A DNA stretch of 64,000 nt. Source: Eutreptiella sp. 'Long Island Sound 2002' (Eukaryota; Protista; Euglenida). Every line of letters begins with the position of its first letter. Within the stretch, counting starts at the first letter, position 1. The position numbers were made by a program, and so were the translations under genes. This document shows positions 12,547 to 23,500 of the stretch, one piece after another. The notes beneath the pieces are model-generated. The model was not told the DNA's origin, searched no databases, and worked only from the letters and a program-made list of their open reading frames with translations. Where the stretch lies: contig OZ038378.1 of the NCBI GenBank assembly GCA_964036045.1, positions 1,674,001 through 1,738,000 of the forward strand, read 5' to 3'.

Positions 12547-13149
12547 ATGTTTTTATCGCAAGGTCGCGCGGCGAAATCCTTGCTGCCTGACGGAATCGAG
12601 CAACCATGCCCACGTCAAACTACAGCCCGGAGTACCCCACGGGCCCAAAACCAAGTGCAAGTCTCCACACCATCGTCGCGCAAGTCAAGTACACCCCCGC
12701 CTCCCACGTCGCCCTTGGATGACGAATCCGACTCCTCCTCCGATGATGGGCAACTCATGCAAAGCACCCGCCCCTCGTCGTCCTACCTGCGCGCTTCGAA
12801 GCGACTACTTCCCGAAGGCGATTTGCCGTCGTGCAATGCGATAACCTCACCTAGGACACCCACCGTTACCCCACCACCACCCACACCAATTGCAGCCAGT
12901 GCTGTAGCCCCAGTAGCCCCACCCCCACCGACTCCAGTAACCGCTAATGCCCCACGCCCGAGGTCGCAACAAGTGGACAAGATGGAAGAAGTGACAGATG
13001 TATTGCGGGACCCCATGAATGATAAGGAGTACGAAGATGACTTCGAGCAGTTTGAAGTTGAGGAGCTCGTTGTTGAGGAAGACCTTTCACAAAGCGTTAG
13101 CGGGCCACCCACGTCGGAAGTCGAGCAAGCGTATCCCGACGACGAGGAA
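12547..13149 (+). CDS. Kinase exon 1 (Ser/Pro/acidic low complexity); 3' boundary uncertain
   Basis: ttctag|G-ATG start; open frame with acidic, PEST-like composition. Confidence 0.55.
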
Positions 13150-15824
13150 GTTCCATGTAGCGGTTCTTCCTGCACCCTCACCCTATCTGCTTCAACTTCT
13201 TTGGGGGGGTCGCGTGTCGACTCTTTTCGTTGTGCATGCGTTTTGCTCGCAAAATCTTGTGGCATCCACGTGATCACCACAAACATTCATTAATCCATTC
13301 ATTCCGTTGCGGCCGACACCCCCTCCTGGGCAATAGGCATTTTTGGAGTGTCTATTTTTTTTTCTCGAAACCCCATGTGGTAGCTGTGCTGTTTGATTTG
13401 TCGGCTTTGTTGCACCGCTTGTTTGTACCTCCGAGGTCCACGGGTCATTCTACACCACTACTTGCCTGATGACGTAGAACAGCATCCTCAGCTAGAACAA
13501 CTAGAAGATTTGAGTCGCATGAGTTTAGTGAAGAATGAAAGAAGTAAAAGAGGTGGTCTCCGTACCAACGGAGGCAAGGTTGGAAGTAGGGCCTAAGGCC
13601 CGGGCATCTGAGCATTTGAGCATTGGTTGCGTTGTTTTTTTTTGGAGAGCACTACTGTGTCGGTTGGTGTGAGTGCAATTTTCCAAGTGCGCCTATTTTC
13701 TTTTGTGTCTTGCAGATTCCCTTAAGCTCTCATCTTTCTCGGAGAGTGGCTCCCAGCCCCAAGATCCCACAACCAACCAGCCCAGCCCCCCCTCTAACCC
13801 ACCGGATGCCCCTCCTAACAAACCGGACTCCAACGAGGTCGAAAAGATATCCTCAGGGTCATCAATGAAGTCATTCTATGACGAGGTCAACGTTCATAAT
13901 TGGCTCTTGAAGTACGAGGACCTAGAGATCTGCGAGGCTTTGGTATGGAGATGCTGTTGATATGTTGGCACGATAGTCCCGCGTCCACTCCATAAAGTGC
14001 ACACGCACGCGCCTATGCCCTGTCAGTTGTCTACCCATCCATCGAGGTATCTGGGCTCCAATCTGCTATGAAGAAGATTGGTGCAACACAGTAATCACGG
14101 TGCAACTCTTGTCCCGTCTCGTTTGCTTGGACTGGTCCCCGATGAGCTAACCGCGTACATCACACACACCATCCAAACTAAACACACCACAACCATACTG
14201 AGCACACACACCACACACTCCAAACTTGCATGGACCACACACCACACAGATCCCATGAAGATCCCATAATGATGAGAGCTCTGTAGGCCCTGCGGTCCTT
14301 GAGCGCAAGGGCATTTGGCCACGGTCTCTCACACTCGCTCGCATCCCAACATTCCAATCCTTGTGAGTGCATGTTGCTGGTGACTGTGTCTTGTACTTCG
14401 TGGGGTTTGATGGCGTGTGTGGGGATCTTCATGGGATCTTCATGGGATGCCGTGCTCCTGTTCCCTAGTGGGGCTCCCGGCCTTGCTCGCGGCCTTCGCC
14501 TTCGTCTAGTCAGATGGTTGACAACACGGGGGCTGCTCCTAGTCAGGACCTGATCCAAAAAGGGGGGGGTACCCCCCCCCCCTCTACAGACCCCAAAATG
14601 GTTGTACGGAACAATGGGTTTTGTGGCACCGGAGGCGCTGGATATTTTGATTTAGGCACATGGCAGGGGCCGAAATTTCTTTGTTTGACCCTTTGTGTCT
14701 ATACTCAAAATACTCAGAACGTTGTGGAGAATTCAAAAATGGATGAAAAACACAAAAAAGGATTTTGACCCCGACGCGACCTCCGGGTCCGACCTTGGCT
14801 GATGGGAGCCTCATGTTGATGGGCAAATTTTGTTTTGAAAAAGTGTGTGACCCGTATATTCAAAATGATCAGCGTGTCATGGGGATCATTTTGAGGTATG
14901 TATGTTGGGGTACCCACCGCCCCCCCCCCCCTCCCCGGGGAGCGCGGCAACTGACTGTCCGACCCGCCAACCTCCAAGGTTTGGGTCAACCAAGGGGGGG
15001 GGGGTTCCCCCCCCTACAACCCCCAAAAGGGTTGCACGCCCCTGGGGTAACACATTGGCTGGCGGCAGCCCCCGTGGTTGACACGCACGAGTGCATCGCT
15101 GGTTGCATATTGCTGGGTTACACTCCGGTATGCTGCCGTCACGCCCGCCACATTCCCATTACACCCCTTTGCACTCCCTGTTACATACCGTTATCGACAT
15201 CGCTATGTTCTCGTCACACTTGCTGAGCATTCAACAGTCCCTTTTGTACCTCCTCTGAGGGTCCCTCAATGGCCAAATTTTTGCAGGTGTGCAAGGTAGA
15301 GACCAGGGTTTGGCGGGGACTGGATGATGAGCACCTGCATAGCGCCTACCAAGCAGTCTTCTTGGAGTACGTGTGAGCGTATGCCGCGCGGACGTGCATG
15401 GGGTCGAGGCTTGGCTGCCGTGGCGGCCTGTGGATTCTTGTGGTGTCGCTGGAGTATTGCTGAGGCTGGTTAGTTGTGTGAGCCAGCCAGCTTTTGGTTG
15501 TGCATGTGAAGGGCTGCAGGACAACGCCACAGCCAGTAGGCTACTAATCACCTCCCAGGCAAGTCCCTCCCTTGCTTCCGGCACACTGTACTACTCAAGG
15601 GGTTCAGAACAAGTAACGATGTTCCATGAATCATAGGCTCCGGGTATAAACGTCGTCATTACTTGCACCCCTTGCAGCCCGAGGACAAGATACCGGCACC
15701 AGAATGTGGGTCATCGGGGGGGGGGGGGGTTAAAAACATACACACACATACAAGAGCCTATTCCCAATTCCTGCGACCGGCACAGCCGAGTATGCAAAGG
15801 ACACATCACCCCGTCCCTGGGGCG

Positions 15825-15878
<54 letters not shown>

Positions 15879-15980
15879 CAACAATGCTTTTGTTCTGATT
15901 GTGCCTGACAAGAATCAGTGCAAGCCGGCCTCCTTGATTGCTGCGTGCCATCTTGGCTGTTGCCCGTTTGTTACGTATAT

Positions 15981-16014
<34 letters not shown>

Positions 16015-17495
16015 GCCTTTGTGGAACTATTTTTTGTTGAGTACCCCGGGATGTATAGTGACGAATGGACCCTTGGTGCAGCGACTTACCCCTCACAGAA
16101 ATCAGCGATGTCACTGAGACGTCACACCAAGGTGCTCGCTGATGGAGAGGGAAAACTTGGATGAACCCAAGTTGAAGTGAGTCCAGAGCACCATTCGTCT
16201 ATTGTAACATTATCGGATATTTTTGTACACCATATCCCCTAACATACACCCCTGAAGTTGCTTCCCATGTTGATTTTGTGTCAGTGATACACACTCCCAC
16301 TCACTGATCGGAATGCTTGAATCAATGCAATTGATGGAATATGAATGACCAACTTCCCAACATATTCTTTGTTGTACCCTGGTCTTCTTCCTTTTGCATT
16401 GTTGCATTGTGTGATGCCTCGCGCAGCGGATCGTATACTCCGCATTCACCACGAGGCTCATCCTATTGTTCTCCGACATGAATTTTCCGACAAGAATTCC
16501 CCACTTCAGGAGCTCCAAGACACCCGTAAGCTCTCTCTGTGAACCGTTTGTAGGGTTTTCATTGATTGGAACGACAACTACTGCACTTCAATGAGTGTGT
16601 TTGTTGTGTAGGTAAGTGCATGTACTTCCTTACATGTGGGTGGTCATTGGTTACCGCTCGTGTGCACGGGTACAAAATAAGGAACGCTGGCAACGTCTGC
16701 TCACTGCCGTAGCACCCGTGTTGTTCCTTGTTGGTAGAGTCTTTGCTCTTTGTTTTTTGTACCTAACTCACCACTTGCCCTACCATGTCTTCGTCCCCTC
16801 ACAAATGAAGCATGGTCCTTCCTCCTTGCTCGGTTGTGCACTCGTTTCTGGTTATGTTGTTTCTGCTACTACCCGGGGTATTTTTTGTGTGTGCGGCCTT
16901 TGTGGTACTATTTTTTGTTGAGTACCCCGGGATGTATAGTGACGAATGGACCCTTGGTGCAGCGACTTACCCCTCACAGAAATCAGCGATGTCACTGAGA
17001 CGTCACACCAAGGTGCTCGCTGATGGAGAGGGAAAACTTGGATGAACCCAAGTTGAAGTGAGTCCAGAGCACCATTCGTCTATTGTAACATTATCGGATA
17101 TTTTTGTACACCACATCCCCTAACATACACCCCTGAAGTTGCTTCCCATGTTGATTTTGTGTCAGTGATACACACTCCCACTCACTGATCGGAATGCTTG
17201 AATCAATGCAATTGATGGAATATGAATGACCAACTTCCCAACATATTCTTTGTTGTACCCTGGTCTTCTTCCTTTTGCATTGTTGCATTGTGTGTGTATG
17301 TGTGTGTGTGTGTGTGACCGCGGGCTTGCCCAAGGCTGCCGTTGAGGTGCTGGCCCTGTTTCTCCTCACACAGAAAGGTGCCTAGTGCAGGCGGGACATG
17401 CTACTGTTTTTGTTCTGCTTTGCACCTGACGAGATCTAGTACATCCAGACCAGTCTTTTCTGTGCTCTGTTTGTCGCCGAAGTGTGTGTGTGTGT

Positions 17496-17555
<60 letters not shown>

Positions 17556-20500
17556 CCGGTTCGTGTCACGATCTCAGTGGTGTGCCATTGTGCCCTCAGG
17601 ATCCTCTCCCCGTGACAAGTAGAAGAGCCTGGAAAATGGCTGTTTCAGCGTTGTAGCATTTTGCCAATCAAGTGCAGGGCAAGGCCCCGCATTTTGAGTC
17701 CATTATTCCCAAAGGCCTGTTTCCGGACCAGATGGACACTGTTGCACAGCGTACGGAAATCTGTGGATGAGATCTCGGATCACTTTTATGTAAGGATTGT
17801 AGATAAAGGGGCAGGAGAGTTGTGGGGTTTCTGCAAGAACGGGCTTTGGAATGAAACTGAGGAATTCTTGCGGGCAGAAAAATACATCACAGTTTTCTCC
17901 ACCCCTGAGTTATTTCGGAAACATGGGCCCTTATCCGGGAGTAGGGTTGGAATGCCAACACCACAGCACGTTTGTGTGTTCTGTATATTATTGGTAAAGA
18001 CAGAGCCTGAACAAGGGCCGTTGGCTCTGGCTCTGGCCAATTGCCGCTGCATACCCAGAGCCACAGATTTACAAGCGTGACTTGCGTATGGCAGCTAGAG
18101 CCTATATGTGTTTTTTTTGAAACACCTAATTCAGGATAATACCTAACAACTTCCAGGTACTCGGGTAAATGATGTTGCGGCTTGGCTACAGTGGGCAAAT
18201 CGTGAAAAGATGTGTTCCATTACCGAGCTTGACTGCAAGAAGCAGTTCAATGAAATTCAGCCAACGTAGATTGGTGAAAACATGTCTGAGGGTATTGCAT
18301 TTCTTACCAAAAGGAGGCGGTGGAGGATGGGTGAAATCACCTGGAGCGTGCATCACAACGTAATAGCGTTAGATATGCCAGGACTAGGCACGAACAAGAA
18401 CTTCTGGTACATCACTCATCATGAACTATCCAGGTATGTTTCCTTGGAGCTGGAAAAAAATAACAAGTGTTGGCCGGTGGGGAAGCTTTGGAGTCGTGAC
18501 CGCTGCATCCCAATGGGAGGTAGCTTTTCAGCACAACATGCAGACTTACACTCGATATGGGGATCATACCGGGGCATACAAGAATTCAGATGTCTGGGGG
18601 CGCTGAACCTGTCATCTGAAGGGAATGTTTTGTGGACGGGGCGTTGGAAGATCGCCCTCTGTCAGTCCAGGGATAACATTTTAATGGCCAGCGATGCAGA
18701 CCAGGCAGACTGTAAAGAGGTTGTGGCGCTGGTCAAATCAGTACTGGAACCAGTTGAATGTTGCTGTGTGGACAACCGGGGTTTGTGCCAGGGCCGCTGC
18801 ATGGGTCCAGTTATCTGCTGTATGGGGTTTTGCATAGCGATGGGAGGGGGTTCACGAGGAATTGACCACGCGCAACCTGCAGCCCTTAAGGATGACTGGT
18901 CTCTCCGGCTGGGACCGTCCCTGATGAGCCCCAAACATGCGTACAAGGGATACCTTGGTGGAATTTTCAAAGGGGCGCTAGCAAACGGGCGCCCATGGGT
19001 GAGTACACGGGCGGGGCAAATTCTCAGTCCCTTGGCGTGGCTACAAACAGCCCTGCTGTCAGGGCACAGCCAAGGTGATAGTATGAGGGCTATGCATCGG
19101 GCACTGCATGGGGCATTTGCGGCAGAACCACATTTTTTGCCTGCAACGCTGAAGGCCGTGTATACAGCGTCCCGCTCTCTCCCAAGTTTGAAGTGTGTCG
19201 CCATTAGGAATTTGCAGGTGTGGTTGAAGCAGTGGGCGCATTGGGAGGGGGGTAGATACACGGCCTGGGCACCGAGGGGATGTGCTGACCTGAGGGCGTA
19301 CGAAGCAGGATGGAATTCAGACTGGGAGGCGCTTGACAGGTTGCGCTAGCAGAGCTGCCACGGGGCAGGCTGTGTGTGTGTGTCCACCCGGTGACAGTTG
19401 GTACGAACAGGTTCTCAATTTCCGAATCGTCCGGTTATAACACAGGGATGTTGCTTGCTGCACTTGGCGGGGTCAGTGCTGGGGGACAGGACGGACGGCA
19501 CACAGGGGCTGTTTCTGTTTCCTGCCTACAGGGGTGGACACGACACGTGGACCGCCCCACCCGTTGGTGCCTCCTGGTGATGTACCTGGTGTACTACAGA
19601 AAGGCACCTAGCTGACATGCTTTTCAACTCCTTCTTCTCATGATCCATTCGGCCTGACGAGATTCGTAAGCGACCAGTGCTGTGCTCTGCTTGTCACGTC
19701 TGTTCGTCTCGCTTCAATCATGTGTGTGTGTGTGTGTGTGTGTGTGCACCCAGCACAGGCTGTACTATTTTGGGCTGTCATGAACACACACTCCTCCATG
19801 GATTTTTCTTGGTCTGTTGGTTAGCCGAACCAATACGTGGTGCAGGAGAGGGCACAGGGAGACGTCTGTATCACACTGAATCCACTGTCCAGGACTGCAG
19901 TTTGTCATCTTCTATCAACAGACTGAAAGACATCCAGGGCCGCCTCTGCGGCTCCTGAGGAGTTTTTCTTTCACTGCTTTTCTTGCTCTGTTCTTGTTTG
20001 TGGTTCTCGTCGTGTGTGTGTGTGTGTGTGTGGGTGTGTGTGTGTGGGTGTGGGTGTGTGGGTGTGGGTGGGTGGTTGGGTGGGTGGGGGTGGGGGTTCG
20101 GGTCAAACCGGTCAGATTTTGGACAGCACTTGGAGCGCAGGCTGGTGCTTGGTTCTGGTCGGACCTGTGATCTATCTCTGCGGTCAGGCCTGAACTCCCC
20201 CTCCATCACCACAGCAGGAGATACACTCCACACTCCACAAAACACGCACACACCCTCACTCCCCGTTTGGCGAATTGCCAAGCGACCCGGAGCCATTCCT
20301 CAAAGCTGCTGGCATCCGGCCCTACCCGCCTCGCAGGGGACCGGCGGATTCGGGGTCGTGCACAAGGGCCGCATCAAGCATTCCAACGACACGATTGCGG
20401 TCAAGATCTGCCTCTGCCAAGACTCCGACATGGTGGCGTCCTTCAAGCGCGAGGTCAAGATGCTGAGCTCGCTGCGCCACGAGCACATCGTGCTGTTCCG

Positions 20501-23500
20501 CGGGGCCTGCGTCGACCTCCCGCACCTGTGCATCGTGACGGAGCTGATGAGCCAGGGCAACCTGTACAACCTGCTGCACGACGAGGACATGGACATGCCG
20601 TGGAAGCTGCGGGTTCGCTGGGTCCGGGACATTGCGCGAGGTTTGCCCAAGCGCGCAGCCGGGGGGCGGGCGGGCTGACCCAGGCTCGCCACTGGCGTCC
20701 GCCACGGCAGACCAGTGTGTTGGTTGGTTTGCCTTCCGTTGTCTTTCTCTTTTGTGAAACCGGTGCATCCCAATGAATGCCAGAGTGCACACCACCTGCA
20801 AGGGCGCCATTGCGACTGGAGGGCTGTGTGTGTGTGTCCACCCGGTGACAGTTGGTACGAACAGGTTCTCAATTTCCGAATCGTCCGGTTATAACACAGG
20901 GATGTTGCTTGCTGCACTTGGCGGGGTCAGTGCTGGGGGACAGGACGGACGGCACACAGGGGCTGTTTCTGTTTCCTGCCTGGGGGGGGCTTGCCTCCGC
21001 TGTTCAGCCGCACTTCAGGCTGCGGCAAGGCTGTCCCGCTGGTGGTGCCCCTGATGGTAGTGCAGCTCCGGCTCCGGAAGGGTCCACTCATGGAGGCCTT
21101 GCTGGAGGCTGGACTTTTTTGTCATCCCCATCTCGGGGTGAGTCCCAGCACAACGTAGTACGTGCGCCGGCTGTCTTATCAGTACAGATCCTCGTTGAGA
21201 GCTTTCCGCGTCGCATTTTTCGTATGCTTCCAGAATACTCAAATGCGTTGGCTCCGCGTTTGTTTTGGGTAAGGGGTTTTCATACGGGATGCGCACGCAC
21301 AGGCTGTGGCTGTGATCCGTCCGAATGCTGGCGGCCGGTGGTGATGTTGCCGTGGTGTGCCGAACATGCTGGAGCACGTTCGTCCCTGACTGCAGCTGCA
21401 CACGCACTGTGCTGCTCATCTGGAATGCCTCCGTGTGTATCCCACGTGGCAAACGCATGCGCACCACTGAGTCCCACACACGACAGCAATGAAGCCACAA
21501 GAACGTTGGCGCAAACCAATCAGAACACTGCAGCAGACATGTGCAGGCGGAGCTCGGTCCAGCCGAGCCATGCATTGTAGAGCAGCTGGTTGCTGCTGAG
21601 TTCTGAATTGGCATATATCGACATACTCATCGACATCGATCCCCCCCCCAAAATTTAGAAGTGGGGGCGGAAGAGGTGGTGGTGGTGGGGGGGGTGCACG
21701 GGGGGGGGTGGATCACACATTCTGTGGTTCATGGTTCTGTGGTTCTGTGGACACTATGTGCCGCAAGTCGACGGGGTCTGCTCATCGTAGACATGGCCGG
21801 CACGGTGTGGACACGGAAAATCCAATCGTAAGTTGAGTTCGCCCCCCTTCACAAAAAGGGACCCGTTTACCCTTGCGGCCTGTCGCGTGCGCCTACTAGA
21901 CACGGTCTGCCACAAGTAGACGCAGTCCGGACACCGTCGTCATGTTGTCGACGAGATGAGTGGTGAGGCGCGCAGCACCGTCCCGCGCGCGAGGCGCGAA
22001 GCGCTGCACTGGAGAAGGGGGCGAGGGGGGCCCTTCCGCCCCTCCCCCGTGCCCCAGAGCCCCCTCCCCTTGTGCTCCGCATCCCCCTCCTCCTGTGCCC
22101 CCTCCTCCTGTGCCCTGTGTTGGTTCCCCAGGAATGAACTACCTGCACACGTTAGTCCCACCCGTGGTCCATCGGGACCTCAAGTCCCCGAATGTTCTGG
22201 TGAACGACTACTACATGATCAAGTTGTGTGATTTTGGGATGTCGCGGACCAAGCAGCGCACCGTGATCCAGACGAAGCAGATGGGTATGCATCCCGTGCG
22301 ACGGACTCTGGCGGGAGCTCTTTGATACCGCCCCCATGCTCCACTCCAGCCCCACTTCATCTGCGGTAACTCTCGCACTGCTTCTGGGACAGGCGGGGGG
22401 GACAGGCGACACCAGCAAGAGCATCGGCCGCAGCGGCCGACAGAAAGCAGCGACCCGACGCAACATGCGAAGGGAAGAACGGGTGACCGTCCAGGGCCCC
22501 GTAAAGGAGCAACAACCAGACGGAATGTCACACAGGGGGGCTTCCCCCTTCGACAACTTTCGCCGTTGCATCCAGCAGCGGCAATGCACAGCAGGACAGG
22601 CCATGGCCAAGCAATTTCTGAACAGACCTGAAGTGAGCCAGCAGCGGAGCCTCTGGCTCTGTCGGCGTAGGAGGTGCCCGGCCAGCACGACACATCAGCA
22701 GAGCACTGGCGGGACCCAGCACCACCAAGCCCACGGTCCATGCTCCATAACATGCTTTCCTTCCTTCCTTCCTCTCGCACTCCCTCTGCCTTAAACCCTG
22801 CTTGCGGCTCCAGTTCTGGGCTCCCGCCCGAGCTCCAGCTGCGGTTGTGGCTCCTGCCCCAAATCCGGCTCTGGCTCTGGCTGATGTTGCCGTTGGTGGT
22901 AGATTTTGAGGGCTGATCTCGGTTGTTCATCCTTGCTGAGGGTCTGTCAGGGACGGTGGGTGAGGGGTCTCTCACAGACCCACAGTTCGCAACACTCCCC
23001 CAACCCCTGTAGACCGAGGGCTGTTGACGGTTGCCGAGGGGTAACGACGGTTGCTCTGGGTTGTTGATGGTTGGCGAGGGGTTTTGGGCGTTGCTGACGT
23101 TCATTACGGGCTCTTCAGGGCTTAAATGAGGTGAGGGTCAACAAGCGCTATGGAAGGCTGTCGAGTATTGTTGGGTTTCTGCGAGATTTATTGCTGTGAG
23201 ACCTATTAGGCAGTCACCCTCTGCCGCGATGAGAATTTCCACGTGTGTTTGTGAACGCGTGGCTGTGCGGGTGGTGTGCACGTAGTGTGAGATCCAAGTT
23301 CACCGCATGTGCTGCATGGTTTGTTGAGTGGTCACTGGCTGATGATGAACATGATGAAGATGGTCGAGAGCTTCCGAAGGTTCCGTCAAGATTGCTCTAC
23401 CACTGTTCAGGGTGGCTGAGGGTTGCAAAGGGCTGTATGCATGGGCCCCAACCAGTGCCAACCAGTACACTCTGCACCGTAAGGTTCACCACATTCACCA

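Noticed and set aside
16090-16150. CACAGAAA...CTGATGG as another hammerhead
   Set aside because: The core would need G at position 17 and lacks A9; the CTGA is sequestered in a TCAGCGA/TCGCTGA stem.
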